This document shows positions 29,027-40,683 of a DNA stretch of 64,000 nucleotides, in pieces. The position numbers were made by a program, and so were the translations under genes. The stretch spans positions 7,741-71,740 of the forward strand of contig DASVOE010000077.1 of assembly GCA_036383515.1 (NCBI GenBank), given 5' to 3'. The notes under the pieces are model-generated. The model was not told where the DNA came from and did not search any database. It saw only the letters and a program-made list of their open reading frames with translations. Origin of the DNA: Chitinophagaceae bacterium (lineage in GTDB: Bacteria > Bacteroidota > Bacteroidia > Chitinophagales > Chitinophagaceae). Each line of letters begins with the position of its first letter. Positions within the stretch are counted from its first letter, which is position 1.

Positions 29027-32000
29027 TTGAACCTTAAGACTGCCCATATTCTCCGTACATTGGTATGTATAGCCATGTTGTTTGCCACCTTCTACCCGGA
29101 GGCAAATGCCCGTTATTTTCAACAGCAACCTTCCGATTCTTTACGGTTTCCGATCCATGATCGTTATGGCGATCCTTATACCTATCCCAATAAGAACACG
29201 ATGGATTTCAGGGACACCTCTTACCTGAAAAAAAATATTGAGTACGATCCGAAGACTAAGCAGTATTATGTTGTAGAAAAAATAGGCAACCAGTATTTCC
29301 GCACACCGGTTTCATTTTCCATGGAAGAATTTTTGCGGATACAAGGCAAAAAGGATGAGCAGGATTATTTTAAGAAAAGAGCCAGCCTGCTCGCCAATAT
29401 GAACCGCCGGATGACAAGGCCGAAGTTTAAAGTAAACAATGACTGGTTCAACCGGATGATGGGAGTAGGCCCGGATGGTAAAGTAAAGATTGATATCAAA
29501 CCTTCGGGTTATGTTGATGTTCTTGCGGGCTACCAGGGACAGAATATAAAAAACCCAACACTACCCGAACGGGCAAGAAAGAATGGAGGTTTTGATTTCA
29601 ACATGAATTCGCAATTGCAGGTAGATGCCAATATCGGTGATAAACTAAAACTGCCGATCAATTATAATACACTTGCCAATTTTGATTTTGAGAACCAATT
29701 AAAACTTGATTACCAGGGTAAGCCGGACGAGATATTAAAACAATTCCAGGCGGGTACGGTCAACTTTACAACCAAGAGTACATTGATACCCGGCGCTCAA
29801 TCCTTATTTGGTATTAAAACCCAATTACAGTTTGGGAAATTATTTATCACAGGTGTAGTGGCCAATCAACGATCGCAACGGCAGAGTCTCGGCTTACAGG
29901 GTGGAACGGCCTCCCAATTATTTTCATTGAAAGCGGATGAATATGATGAGAACCGTCACTTCCTGATGGCGCAATATTTTCGCAATAATTATAATGCAGC
30001 GATGAAGCAATTGCCCATCGTTAATTCAGTGATACAAATATTACGGGTGGAAGTATGGGTAACCAACCGCAACGGAACCACCACCGATACCAGGGATGTT
30101 GTTGCATTAATGGATCTTGGTGAAACCAATCCTTATACGGTGCCTCCGAGCGGCAATACCGATCCCAAACCATTTAATAATGCCAATGGTTTGTATGCAA
30201 GCCTTATTGCTAACCCCAGTGCCCGCAACTCTTCTTTAGTAACAAGTGTGCTGACCGGGCCGGGGTTTGGACTTCAACCTGTGCAGGATTTTGAAAAAAC
30301 ATTTGCCCGCAAATTGCAGGCTTCCGATTATTATTTTAATCCACAGATAGGCTTTCTTTCGTTGAATCAACCATTGCAACCTGATGAAGTGTTGGGAATA
30401 GCTTATCAATATACATATAACGGAAGGGTATACCAGGTGGGTGAATTTTCGCAGGATGTGCCACCAGATACAACCGGCACTACGCAAAAAGTATTGTTCT
30501 TAAAATTATTAAAAGCTACATCACAGCGTACCAACCTTCCTATCTGGGACCTGATGATGAAGAACGTGTATTCTGTAGGTTTTGGCCAATTAGAAAGACA
30601 AGACTTTGAATTGAATGTGATCTATGAAGAGCCCAGCCTGGGCGAAAAAAGATATTTGCCGCCTACCGAGGTTGTTGATCCTTACAAAGGACAACCGCTG
30701 ATCTCTTTATTGAATTTAGATCGGTTGAATAACCAGAATGATCCGCAGCCCGATGGTAAATTTGACTTCATAGAAGGATATACTGTTATTTCATCGCAAA
30801 GCCGCATCATATTTCCTGTACTGGAACCATTCGGACATGATCTTGATTATGTGTATGGCAATCAAACCGACCGGAATAAATTTTTATACTATCCTTTGTA
30901 TGATACCATCAAAGCAATTGCTCAAACTTATGCTAACCTCAATCGCTTTGAACTGAATGGACGTTCTAAGACATCCGCAGGCGCTTCTGGTGATTATCAA
31001 TTGGGTTATAATATTCCAAGAGGTTCTGTTACGGTTACTGCAGGCGGACAAACGTTGCAGGAGAATGTAGACTATGAAATAAATTATGATCTCGGTTCAT
31101 TACGGGTAACTAACCAGGCTATCATATCATCAGGTGTGCCGGTAAATATTCAATTTGAAAACCAGGCGGCTTATGGATTACAGCAAAAGAATTTCATGGG
31201 GCTGCGGTTAGATTATCTTGCCAATAAAAACCTGACAGTAGGAGCTACCATTGCAAAGTTGGGTGAAAGACCTTTCTTTATCAAACAGTCTTATGGTGAA
31301 GATCCGGTAAAGAATACCATGTATGGAGTAGATGTGGATTACCGGAATAACTGGCCACGGTTGACGAAGTGGATTGATAAACTTCCTTTTTATTCTACTA
31401 AGGTGATGTCCACCATCAATGCGTATGCAGAAGCAGCCGTGTTGCAACCCGGGCATGCCAAGCAGATCGGTAAAGGTGATGAAGGCGTCATCTATATTGA
31501 TGATTTTGAAGGCACCCGTTCTTCTATTGACCTGCGTTTTCCACTGATCAACTGGACACTGGCCTCTATTCCGCAGGGTAATGGTTTATTTCCTGAATCT
31601 TCATTGTCAAATGATCTGTCTATCGGATACAACCGGGCTAAAATGGCCTGGTATAATATTGAACCGGTATTGCAAGAAAGAAGAAATCAAAATAACCCGA
31701 TCCGCAATCTTCCAAATTTTCTGGATGAGATATCCAAGCCCCAAACACGACAGGTATTGCAACAAGAAATATTTCCAAAGAAGAGCCTGGATTTCGGACA
31801 GGGATTACTCACCACTTTCGATCTTGCTTTTTATCCTAAAAATGTAGGTCCTTATAATTTTGAAAACAGGCCGGGAAGAATTGATGCCAATGGCAAACTA
31901 TTAAATCCCTCGCAGGCATGGGGTGGTTTAATGCGTAATATTGACCAGATAGATTTTGAAACAGGCAATATTGAGTTTATAGAATTCTGGGTACAAGATC

Positions 32001-35000
32001 CATTTGTAGGTAATAATTCCATGCCAAACGGAGGTCAGCTTTATTTCAACCTTGGAAATATTTCAGAAGATATATTGAAAGATGGGAAACGTTTTTATGA
32101 AAATGGGTTACCCACACCTACCATTCCATCACCGGTAGATAGCAGCACCGTTTGGGGTAAAGTGCCTTCAATTCCTTTACAGGTAACCAATGCTTTCAGT
32201 AATAATACAGAAGACAGGCAATACCAGGATGTGGGATTTGATGGATTGAGAGATGATGAAGAGAAAAGAAAATTTGCTCCTTATATTAATGGGCTTGCTG
32301 CACAATTTGGTACCGGGTCATTAATATATCGCCAGGCACAGGCAGATCCTTCATCCGATAATTTCAAACCATATCGTGATGCAAGCTATGAGGGTGTAGG
32401 CATATTAGGTCGTTATAAAAATATCAATAATCCCAATGGCAACTCACCTGTAGCGAGCACCGGTGACCAATTTGTAAGTGCCTTCACCCAATATCCCGAT
32501 GCAGAAGAACTTAACAGGGATAATACATTGAATGAAGTAGAAGAATATTTCCAGTATAAAGTAGACATAAAACCCAACATGCCCATCGGTAGTAATTTTA
32601 TTACAGATAAAAGAGTAGTAACAGTAGACCTTCCCAATGGACAGAGCCGTCCTGAAACATGGTATCTCTTCCGTATTCCTATATCACAGTACCAGACCAA
32701 AGTGGGTAATATTCCTGATTTTAAGTCTATCCGTTTCATCCGGATGTTTATGACAGGATTTGATGATTCAGTGGTAATGCGGTTTGGTAAACTGGAATTG
32801 GTAAGAAACCAATGGCGTAAGTTCAAATTCCAGATTGACACATCCGGTAATTATGTAAATCTTCCGGCCAATGATCCGACTACAGTAAATACACTTGCCG
32901 TAAATCTTGAAGAGAATGATCAGCGGGAACCCATCCGTTATGTAACTCCTCCGGGCATTGAAAGACAACAACAGCTTAGCAATAACAACGTACAGTTATT
33001 CCTGAATGAACAATCATTGAGTGTGCAGGTGAAAGATCTTGATAATGGGCAGGCCCGTGGTGTATTCAAAACCATGAACCTTGATATGCGCCAGTACGGA
33101 AAACTGAAAATGTTTATCCATGCAGAAAGAATAAAAGATTGCGGCGGTAATATTCTGGAAGATAATGATCTGATGGCTATTGTTCGTATCGGCAACGACT
33201 TTTCCGGTAACTACTATGAAATAAGAATACCGGTTAAGAAAACAAATTTCAATGAAACAGATAGTTTGAAAATATGGCCGGCGCTTAATAACCTTGATTT
33301 TGATCTGAATGAACTGACAAGATTAAAATCAAGAAGAAATAATTCCGGGTTATCACCTTCGCAATATTATAGCGAAGCAGGACCTGATGGCCGTCGCTAT
33401 GGCATCTTTGGTAATCCTAACCTCGGTGAAGTAAGAGGTATGATGCTGGCCGTAGAAAACGTTGCTCAAAAACCTGTTTGTGCTGAAGTTTGGTTTAATG
33501 AATTGCGATTCTCCAACCTCGATGAAAAAGGTGGTTGGGCTGGAGTAGGACGTTTGAATATAGTAGGAGGTGACCTGTTTACACTCAATGCTTCTGTAGC
33601 AGCAAAGAGTAATGGGTTTGGTACGCTGGAGCAAAGAGTAAATGAAAGAAGCCGTGAAGATCTGTATAATATTGATGTATCTGCCAACCTGGAAGCCGGT
33701 AAGTTGCTGCCAAAGAAATTGGGCATCCAGATTCCTGTATACGCAGGTATCAGCCGCACAGCCAGCACACCGGAATATGATCCGTATGATCTTGATATCA
33801 AACTCAAACAAAAACTGAATGATGCAGCTCCGGGTAAAAGAGATTCCATCAACAATGATGCACAGGATATCACTACCATCAAAACAGTAAACCTTACCAA
33901 TGTTAAAAAAATAAAAACAGATGGTAAACGACCCAAAATATGGAGTGTATCCAATTTTGATTTCAATTATTCTTTTATAGAAACCAAACGGCACAATCCA
34001 CTTATTGAAAATGACCTGATGCGCCGCACCCGCGGAGCTATTGGTTATAATTACGCACCACAGCCCAAAATTGTGGAGCCGTTTAAGAAGCTTATTAAGC
34101 CCAATTCAAAATGGCTGATGTGGATCAGGGATTTTAATTTCAACTACGCACCGTCACAATTATCATTCAGGGCTGATATCTTCCGGCAGTTTGGCGCTAT
34201 ACGTCCGAGAAATGTAGGTGGTGGTCCTTACAAAGTGCCCGAGACCTACGATAAATATTTTACATTCGACCGGTATTATATCATGCAATGGAATTTAACC
34301 CGTTCCATTTCTATTGATTACACGGCTACGAATAATGCACGGATTGATGAGCCCTTTGGCCGTATTGATACAAAAGAGAAAAAAGATTCAGTACGCAACA
34401 ATGTTTTCAAAGGTGGAAGGAATACACAATTTCAACAGGATGTTACAATCACTTATAATGTACCCATGCAAAAGATCCCGTTGCTCGACTGGACAACGTT
34501 GCGGGCATCTTATAATACCAGGTACAATTGGTTAGCACAGTCATTGCTGGCAAGAAGCGTAGCTAACCTTGGCAACATTCTTTCCAACACACAAACAAGA
34601 ACTTTAAATGGAGAATTAAAGTTTGAAGATATCTATAACAAAGTAAAATTTCTGCGAGCTGTTTATAATACCGCTCCTAAACTACCGTCCACGCCCCAGA
34701 ATAAGGACAATGCAAAAAAAGATTCAACCGGTAAAAAAATAAAAGAAAAACGAATTAAAGATCCTAACCAGTTACCGGAAGTGGGAAGTGTGGTAAAATT
34801 TGTTGCAAAATTAGCCACCTCATTAAAAAGAGTAGGTATCCAATACACCGAAGATTTTGGAACAACGCTGCCAGGTTATCTTGACAGTACAAGAGTACTC
34901 GGATATAATCCAAAAAGCGGTCAACCTGGGTTTGGTTTCATATTCGGTTATCAGCCAGACACCAGCTGGATCAATAGATTTGGAGCGAAGGGCTTATTAT

Positions 35001-36199
35001 CCAATCACTCGCTTGTGAGCGCCATGATACAACAGCGCTATAACCAGCGTTTGAATATAACGGCACAGGTGAACCCGTTCCGTGATTTCAACATTGACTT
35101 TAATGTAGATAAATCATTTGATAAGAATTATTCAGAATTGTATAAAGACACCACGGGTTCATCCGGTTTTACACGATTGAATCCTTATGCCACCGGTAGT
35201 TTTTCTGTCAGTTATATTTCTTATCAAACACTGTTCACGAAGTTTGATCCTAACATAGTAACAGAGACTTTCCAAAAATTTGAATCAAACCGTTTGATCT
35301 TATCCAACCGGCTGAAAGGAGTAAATCCTTATGCTGCCGGTAACGGAACCAACCCGGATGGTTATGTAAAAGGTTATGGCCGCTATGCACAGGATGTGGT
35401 GATACCGGCTTTCCTTGCTGCGTATACCAATAAAGACCCGGGCAATATTAAACTTTTCAAGAACAGCAATCCTAATACAAGATCAAATCCATTCTCAGGT
35501 ATCATACCTAAACCTAACTGGACCGTAACTTATAATGGGTTGTCGAGAATGAAAGGGCTGGATAAAATATTTACTAATGTAACGATCCGCCACGGCTATC
35601 ATAGCACTCTTAGCATGAATAGTTTTAATACGGCGTTGCTGTTTCTCGATCCGAGCAGAATTGGTTATCCTTCGTTTGTAGGGCAGGACAGCAATTACAT
35701 CCCTTACTTCCTTGTGCCCAATGTTACGATCACGGAGACATTTGACCCAATGATCGAAGTGGATATGACATTTACCAACCAGCTTACCACCCGCTTTGAG
35801 TTCAGGAAAAGCCGAACACTAAGTCTGAGCCTGATCGATTATCAATTGGCCGAAAATCGTTCTACTGAAGTTACATTCGGATTCAACTGGAGAAAGAAGG
35901 GATTCCCGCTTATTAAAAAGCTGGGGAAAATGAAATTAGATAATGATGTAACATTCAAAATGGATTTCAGTCTTCGTGATGATGCAACCGCTAACAGCAA
36001 ACTCGACCAGCGAACATCATTTGGAACAGCCGGACAGAAAGTAATACGTATTGCACCTTCTATTGATTATATCATCAATAGCCGGGTAAGTATAAAATTA
36101 TATTTTGAACAGAACCGTAATATCCCCAAGATCAGTAATGCCTTCCCGATCACCAATACAAGAGGTGGAGCACAAGTAAGGATCTCATTGGCGCAGTAA
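29027..36199 (+). CDS. sprA: T9SS translocon / cell-surface gliding protein SprA
   Basis: 2390-aa protein with a signal peptide and beta-rich sequence throughout. It sits downstream of ruvA, as is typical for sprA in Bacteroidota. TTG start. Confidence 0.85.
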   Translation: MNLKTAHILRTLVCIAMLFATFYPEANARYFQQQPSDSLRFPIHDRYGDPYTYPNKNTMDFRDTSYLKKNIEYDPKTKQYYVVEKIGNQYFRTPVSFSMEEFLRIQGKKDEQDYFKKRASLLANMNRRMTRPKFKVNNDWFNRMMGVGPDGKVKIDIKPSGYVDVLAGYQGQNIKNPTLPERARKNGGFDFNMNSQLQVDANIGDKLKLPINYNTLANFDFENQLKLDYQGKPDEILKQFQAGTVNFTTKSTLIPGAQSLFGIKTQLQFGKLFITGVVANQRSQRQSLGLQGGTASQLFSLKADEYDENRHFLMAQYFRNNYNAAMKQLPIVNSVIQILRVEVWVTNRNGTTTDTRDVVALMDLGETNPYTVPPSGNTDPKPFNNANGLYASLIANPSARNSSLVTSVLTGPGFGLQPVQDFEKTFARKLQASDYYFNPQIGFLSLNQPLQPDEVLGIAYQYTYNGRVYQVGEFSQDVPPDTTGTTQKVLFLKLLKATSQRTNLPIWDLMMKNVYSVGFGQLERQDFELNVIYEEPSLGEKRYLPPTEVVDPYKGQPLISLLNLDRLNNQNDPQPDGKFDFIEGYTVISSQSRIIFPVLEPFGHDLDYVYGNQTDRNKFLYYPLYDTIKAIAQTYANLNRFELNGRSKTSAGASGDYQLGYNIPRGSVTVTAGGQTLQENVDYEINYDLGSLRVTNQAIISSGVPVNIQFENQAAYGLQQKNFMGLRLDYLANKNLTVGATIAKLGERPFFIKQSYGEDPVKNTMYGVDVDYRNNWPRLTKWIDKLPFYSTKVMSTINAYAEAAVLQPGHAKQIGKGDEGVIYIDDFEGTRSSIDLRFPLINWTLASIPQGNGLFPESSLSNDLSIGYNRAKMAWYNIEPVLQERRNQNNPIRNLPNFLDEISKPQTRQVLQQEIFPKKSLDFGQGLLTTFDLAFYPKNVGPYNFENRPGRIDANGKLLNPSQAWGGLMRNIDQIDFETGNIEFIEFWVQDPFVGNNSMPNGGQLYFNLGNISEDILKDGKRFYENGLPTPTIPSPVDSSTVWGKVPSIPLQVTNAFSNNTEDRQYQDVGFDGLRDDEEKRKFAPYINGLAAQFGTGSLIYRQAQADPSSDNFKPYRDASYEGVGILGRYKNINNPNGNSPVASTGDQFVSAFTQYPDAEELNRDNTLNEVEEYFQYKVDIKPNMPIGSNFITDKRVVTVDLPNGQSRPETWYLFRIPISQYQTKVGNIPDFKSIRFIRMFMTGFDDSVVMRFGKLELVRNQWRKFKFQIDTSGNYVNLPANDPTTVNTLAVNLEENDQREPIRYVTPPGIERQQQLSNNNVQLFLNEQSLSVQVKDLDNGQARGVFKTMNLDMRQYGKLKMFIHAERIKDCGGNILEDNDLMAIVRIGNDFSGNYYEIRIPVKKTNFNETDSLKIWPALNNLDFDLNELTRLKSRRNNSGLSPSQYYSEAGPDGRRYGIFGNPNLGEVRGMMLAVENVAQKPVCAEVWFNELRFSNLDEKGGWAGVGRLNIVGGDLFTLNASVAAKSNGFGTLEQRVNERSREDLYNIDVSANLEAGKLLPKKLGIQIPVYAGISRTASTPEYDPYDLDIKLKQKLNDAAPGKRDSINNDAQDITTIKTVNLTNVKKIKTDGKRPKIWSVSNFDFNYSFIETKRHNPLIENDLMRRTRGAIGYNYAPQPKIVEPFKKLIKPNSKWLMWIRDFNFNYAPSQLSFRADIFRQFGAIRPRNVGGGPYKVPETYDKYFTFDRYYIMQWNLTRSISIDYTATNNARIDEPFGRIDTKEKKDSVRNNVFKGGRNTQFQQDVTITYNVPMQKIPLLDWTTLRASYNTRYNWLAQSLLARSVANLGNILSNTQTRTLNGELKFEDIYNKVKFLRAVYNTAPKLPSTPQNKDNAKKDSTGKKIKEKRIKDPNQLPEVGSVVKFVAKLATSLKRVGIQYTEDFGTTLPGYLDSTRVLGYNPKSGQPGFGFIFGYQPDTSWINRFGAKGLLSNHSLVSAMIQQRYNQRLNITAQVNPFRDFNIDFNVDKSFDKNYSELYKDTTGSSGFTRLNPYATGSFSVSYISYQTLFTKFDPNIVTETFQKFESNRLILSNRLKGVNPYAAGNGTNPDGYVKGYGRYAQDVVIPAFLAAYTNKDPGNIKLFKNSNPNTRSNPFSGIIPKPNWTVTYNGLSRMKGLDKIFTNVTIRHGYHSTLSMNSFNTALLFLDPSRIGYPSFVGQDSNYIPYFLVPNVTITETFDPMIEVDMTFTNQLTTRFEFRKSRTLSLSLIDYQLAENRSTEVTFGFNWRKKGFPLIKKLGKMKLDNDVTFKMDFSLRDDATANSKLDQRTSFGTAGQKVIRIAPSIDYIINSRVSIKLYFEQNRNIPKISNAFPITNTRGGAQVRISLAQ

Positions 36200-36365
36200 G
36201 CTGATTTCAATCCATGACTCCCTGTTGAGTTCGTTGTTCATGATTCATAAATGATGGGCCTGGAAGACAGCTATTAATTCTTTATTCAATTGTTGAAGAT
36301 TAAAATTGGTAATTGCCCATTCAACATTATGCAAAAAACAACTGCATCAAACGATATCTCAACAC

Positions 36366-36404
36366 AAAAAAGCATCCCGGTAGACCAGGATGCTTTGTTT
36401 TTTT
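36366..36404. terminator. bidirectional rho-independent terminator
   Basis: AGCATCC / GGATGCT stem flanked by A5 upstream and TTTGTTTTTTT downstream. It serves the convergent genes sprA and 36420-36926. Confidence 0.7.
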
Positions 36405-36419
36405 ATGGCTGTAATTAAT

Positions 36420-36926
36420 TTACGGTTGGGGATTCGAATTGGCATTTCCTTCAGGACCTGCTTTTTTAAACAACATCACATAGCCACATAAATTCTTTTT
36501 CTTTTGTTTGTTTACCTGCACCGGCTTCATCATATGAAACTCGGAGAACTTGGGTATGTAAGAATAGGAGATAATGTTACCATCTATATCGCCCCATTTT
36601 TTTTGCTGAAAAATAACCTGGCGTTCATTCCAGTCAAACATTCTTACTTCATACAGTCTTGAACTGTAGTCACCGATAAAAACAAACTGGTACCAACTGC
36701 CTTGTGTTAGCGGAACGATAACCGGCATTTCAAATTCACTTTCCATCATAATGGAAGCTTCTTTGAGCAGCATATAACCATCTTTGGAATATAAATTTTT
36801 GAGACTGTCTACCTGCCTTGTAATAAGATCATTTGAACAGGATTGCTGGCGGATCACTTCCTGTGAATGAACGGCAGTGGTTAATAGAATACCCAGGAGG
36901 GCGGGTAAACGGAATTTCGTTTTCAT
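36420..36926 (-). CDS. hypothetical secreted protein
   Basis: Signal peptide MKTKFRLPALLGILLTTAVHSQ from the internal ATG 36926. No family was recognised. Confidence 0.45.
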   Translation of the reverse strand: MKTKFRLPALLGILLTTAVHSQEVIRQQSCSNDLITRQVDSLKNLYSKDGYMLLKEASIMMESEFEMPVIVPLTQGSWYQFVFIGDYSSRLYEVRMFDWNERQVIFQQKKWGDIDGNIISYSYIPKFSEFHMMKPVQVNKQKKKNLCGYVMLFKKAGPEGNANSNPQP

Positions 36927-37151
36927 AACGGATTTTAGGGTCTTTATACGGAATTGGATCGACTTCATAAATATAGATCGGTATTTACAGGATAAGAAAT
37001 TTAGCGGTTGAAATCCAGGGAGCTAAACGTGGCTATAGGTAAATTTTCGAAGGAGGATTACGCAAGGATCAGGCCAATGGGGATATCTAAGGTTTGAGGG
37101 CACATGAAAATAGAATAAAAGCTGTAATTGCACAAGATTTTTTGAGCCGCA

Positions 37152-37916
37152 TCAACTCTTATTCCTGTTAAAATAAATAGCATCTGCCTGCTGCGTGCAG
37201 GTGATCACCAGGTCATTGATACAAACATGTGATGGCAGGGTAGTAGTGTAATAGATAATATCTGCTACATCTTCAGCCGTCAGGGGCTCTAATCCATTAT
37301 AAATACTTTTTGCAGTGGCGTCGTCTCCTTTAAAGCGAACTAATGAAAATTCTGTATTGGCCGCACCGGGATGAATACCGGTTACTTTAATATTATGACG
37401 GAGCAGGTCAATGCGCATGGCCTGGTTCAATGCATCAACAGCATATTTGGTAGCACAATAGACATTTCCTTTTTCATATACCTGTTTGCCGGCAACAGAT
37501 CCCAGGTTTATAATATGACCTTGTTTGTGAACGGCCATTAGTTGCGACACCGCTTTTGCCACATACATAAAACCTTTGATGTTGGTATCTACCATCCTGT
37601 TCCAGTCAGAAAGATCGGCTTCTTCAAAATAATCACGGCCTACAGCAAGCCCTGCGTTGTTAATCAATACATCTATCTTTTTCCATTCGGCCGGCAGATT
37701 TTCAATCGAGTCCAAAACATTTTTTTCATCCCGCACATCAAAGGGAGTTTGAAAAACGGCAATATTATATTTCGACTCCAGGTCGTTGGCCAGTTCGAGC
37801 AATCTTTCTTTTCTACGTCCATTTAAAATAAGATCATAGCCATTGGCTGCAAATTTTATAGCACAGGCTTTTCCAAAACCAGAAGTGGCACCGGTGATAA
37901 AAACTATTTTCGGCAT
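37152..37916 (-). CDS. SDR-family NAD(P)-dependent oxidoreductase
   Basis: TGATSGFG cofactor motif, NNAG, and catalytic YCATK. Confidence 0.9.
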   Translation of the reverse strand: MPKIVFITGATSGFGKACAIKFAANGYDLILNGRRKERLLELANDLESKYNIAVFQTPFDVRDEKNVLDSIENLPAEWKKIDVLINNAGLAVGRDYFEEADLSDWNRMVDTNIKGFMYVAKAVSQLMAVHKQGHIINLGSVAGKQVYEKGNVYCATKYAVDALNQAMRIDLLRHNIKVTGIHPGAANTEFSLVRFKGDDATAKSIYNGLEPLTAEDVADIIYYTTTLPSHVCINDLVITCTQQADAIYFNRNKS

Positions 37917-38026
37917 GATAGAAGGTTGATTGTTTATTAGTTTATAAATTGAAGGGTTAACAAATTAACCTGTTCGAAGTTAACAGCAGATACTTGAAAT
38001 AATAGAAAGTTTGAAAAGAAAAAATA

Positions 38027-40657
38027 TTACCTGATGAGTGTCACTGTTCCTTTTTGAAAATAGGCTTTACCGAGGTAATCAACGGCGCTTACTAACCATA
38101 CAAATGTGTTGGTGCTCTGCAGGGTACCATTTATGCGGCCATCCCATCCGTGACCATTGGTGCTGGTACTGAAAACCATCTGTCCCCAGCGATTGTAGAT
38201 GCGGAAATAATTGATCCGTTGAATACCCACTGCTATGGGGCGTATCAGATCATTGCGTCCATCGTTATTGGGTGTAAATGCGGAAGGAACAAAAACGTAA
38301 GGATTGGTTTTAAAAACTTTTACGATGACAAATGCAGAATCGTAACACCCGACCGAGTTAAACACCCGGACTTTATAACGTATGCTATCAATACTACCAT
38401 CATAAAGGCCGATGGGATTAGAAATAGTTGTACTGCTTAAACCGATAGGAGGAGACCATAAATAAGTTTCACCACCTTCTGCATTGAATTGTAAGGGTTG
38501 ACCAATAATAACGGCTGTATCACGACCGGCGAATGGCCTTATGCGGGGTAATACATTTACGATAACAGTATCACGGCCGGCTTTTGGACAACCCCGGTTG
38601 TCAAATACAGACAAAACAAAAGGAGTTGTTCTGGGTGGCATGGCTATTGGATTCAGCAGGTTAGGGTTATTAAGATAATTTGCTGGTGTCCAGTTAAACG
38701 TGATGCCATCATGTGAACCATTTAATTGTGCAGATGTATTATAGCAAATGGTCGTATCGATTCCAGCATTCGCAATGGGATAAGGAACGACAGTCACAGT
38801 TATATTATCGGTTGCTGCACAACTACCGACGGATGATTGCAGTTGGTAGGTGGTGGTAGTTAATGGTGTGGCAATGGGATTTAACAGGGTAGTATTATTG
38901 AGCGTGGTGGCAGGTGTCCATAAAAAGGTTAACCCGTCCGTTACGGCACTTAGCTGCACAGGATCTCCTCGGCAGATGGTTGTATCACGCATCATAGCAA
39001 GTGCAATAACATTCAATACTCTTACTCGTACAGAATCCCTGTTGCGGCAGCCGCCATTTTCTAAGTCCACATAATAAGTAGTAGTAGTGCTGGGATCAAC
39101 TGTTGGTGTGGCCGTATTAGCATTGGTAACATTGATAAACGGAGTCCAGCTAAAGTTACCAGTGCCGATTGCCTGTAGCTGGACATTGTCCAATATACAG
39201 GTGAGTGTATCCCTGAAAGCAAGATTTAAGAGTGGTTTATCTAATAGGTCTATTGTTTTTGTTATGGTATCAATACAACCTTTACTGTTAGTGGCAATAA
39301 AATTAACGGTCTTTGGCCCGGCAGACGGGTAAGTATAAGCAGGGTTTTTTAAACGGGATGTATCGGCTAAGGTAGTAGTTTCTCCAAAATTCCAGCTCCA
39401 AGTATTTACAACTCCATAATTAGTTCGGGTAGTATCCGTAAACTGTACAGGATTGAGATAACAGGTTCCAGTTGATAGAAAGCCAGGGAAAAACCCAGGA
39501 TATACCTTCATGATAGTTGTTCCGGTATCGGAACAGTCTCCAAAACGATTGGTGATCAATGTTACAACGAAAGCACCTGTATCGGAAAATACGTGGGTCG
39601 GAGTGGCTAACGTTGATGAATTATTAACGCCGCTGGCGGGATCTCCAAAGAACCAATCATATGAATTGATAAGTGTTTGATCTCCCTTATTGCTGAAAGT
39701 CCATGAGTATCCATCACAGGTAATATAGGAAGGATCAAGATTTGCCTGTGCTATCTGGCAATCACCTACTTTTATCTGCAGATCTTTGCGCTGCGTGGCA
39801 ATTACAATACCATTGCGTCTTTCCGTTACACATACCGTCACCACATAAATACCTGCTCCAGGAGCAATGCCTGTTAATAGCCCAGTTGCTAGATTTATAC
39901 TGATAGTAGGTCCTAACGGAGATGACCCGTTAAAACCACCACCGGAATAGGGAACGGTAATATAAGGAGGCGGTGAAGGTGGGGTAGGTGTAGCGTTGTT
40001 GAATCCTGTTCCGATACTTGACCCACCACCAAGGTACGCATCGCAAAAGGAATACGAAAGCTGATCATTGGGATCAATATCAGTAGCGGCAAAGCTATAA
40101 GTAAAGGCGTTTTCAGCGCATACTACTACAGTATCGGGGCCAACAAATCTTGCACTATTATTATTTGGTGCAGTGATCAATTGAGAAGTGCCGGGTATCT
40201 CTGCAGTATAAGTGGCGCCTACTGAACTTGAACCTGAAAGATTATTGATGCCCGCAATGCGGCAGCAACGCTGGTAGGCAATTACATATCCATTTGGAGA
40301 ACCGTTAAGCGTTACATCGAATTCATAATAACCTACCTGGTAACAAACAGCAGGCGGGTTGGTAATGCAGGGACTGGGTGATCCGAGATTTAAAGTTACG
40401 ATCTGGTTACGGGGTACGCTATTAGCCCATACCGATACACCAGTAACCCTGTCAAAAATTGAAATAGGTGCATTAGCGTCTAATGGTGCCCCAGCTGAAT
40501 TACAATCACGATATAGTTTCAATACCACATGATAAGTATAACTATTGCCGTTTTGAGCGGTGATTGTATAAAACATCTCACCACCGGTTATATGATTGGC
40601 AAAAGAAGGCAGGGCAAAAAAAAGTGGGAATGATATTAGAACTAAAAGTCGTTTCAT
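38027..40657 (-). CDS. T9SS type-B sorting-domain (gliding-motility C-terminal domain) cell-surface protein with PKD/Ig-like repeats
   Basis: C-terminal FTPNNDGRNDLIRP...WNGRI-type CTD ending TVTLIR, repeated Ig-like modules, and signal peptide MKRLLVLISFPLFFALPSFA. An alternative start at 40687 overlaps the upstream stop. Confidence 0.8.
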   Translation of the reverse strand: MKRLLVLISFPLFFALPSFANHITGGEMFYTITAQNGNSYTYHVVLKLYRDCNSAGAPLDANAPISIFDRVTGVSVWANSVPRNQIVTLNLGSPSPCITNPPAVCYQVGYYEFDVTLNGSPNGYVIAYQRCCRIAGINNLSGSSSVGATYTAEIPGTSQLITAPNNNSARFVGPDTVVVCAENAFTYSFAATDIDPNDQLSYSFCDAYLGGGSSIGTGFNNATPTPPSPPPYITVPYSGGGFNGSSPLGPTISINLATGLLTGIAPGAGIYVVTVCVTERRNGIVIATQRKDLQIKVGDCQIAQANLDPSYITCDGYSWTFSNKGDQTLINSYDWFFGDPASGVNNSSTLATPTHVFSDTGAFVVTLITNRFGDCSDTGTTIMKVYPGFFPGFLSTGTCYLNPVQFTDTTRTNYGVVNTWSWNFGETTTLADTSRLKNPAYTYPSAGPKTVNFIATNSKGCIDTITKTIDLLDKPLLNLAFRDTLTCILDNVQLQAIGTGNFSWTPFINVTNANTATPTVDPSTTTTYYVDLENGGCRNRDSVRVRVLNVIALAMMRDTTICRGDPVQLSAVTDGLTFLWTPATTLNNTTLLNPIATPLTTTTYQLQSSVGSCAATDNITVTVVPYPIANAGIDTTICYNTSAQLNGSHDGITFNWTPANYLNNPNLLNPIAMPPRTTPFVLSVFDNRGCPKAGRDTVIVNVLPRIRPFAGRDTAVIIGQPLQFNAEGGETYLWSPPIGLSSTTISNPIGLYDGSIDSIRYKVRVFNSVGCYDSAFVIVKVFKTNPYVFVPSAFTPNNDGRNDLIRPIAVGIQRINYFRIYNRWGQMVFSTSTNGHGWDGRINGTLQSTNTFVWLVSAVDYLGKAYFQKGTVTLIR

Positions 40658-40683
40658 TGATAGGATCGGTGAAATAATAAATT

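Noticed and set aside
30236-33994. Many 60-213-aa ORFs inside and antisense to sprA (for example 33353-33994 and 32413-32841). Similar antisense ORFs occur inside guaB, folE, folD, fabH, the T9SS cargo genes and others.
   Set aside because: They lie wholly within long, well-supported genes. Their translations are low-complexity or Cys/Ser/Ile-rich, as is typical of shadow frames, and none has a recognisable motif.
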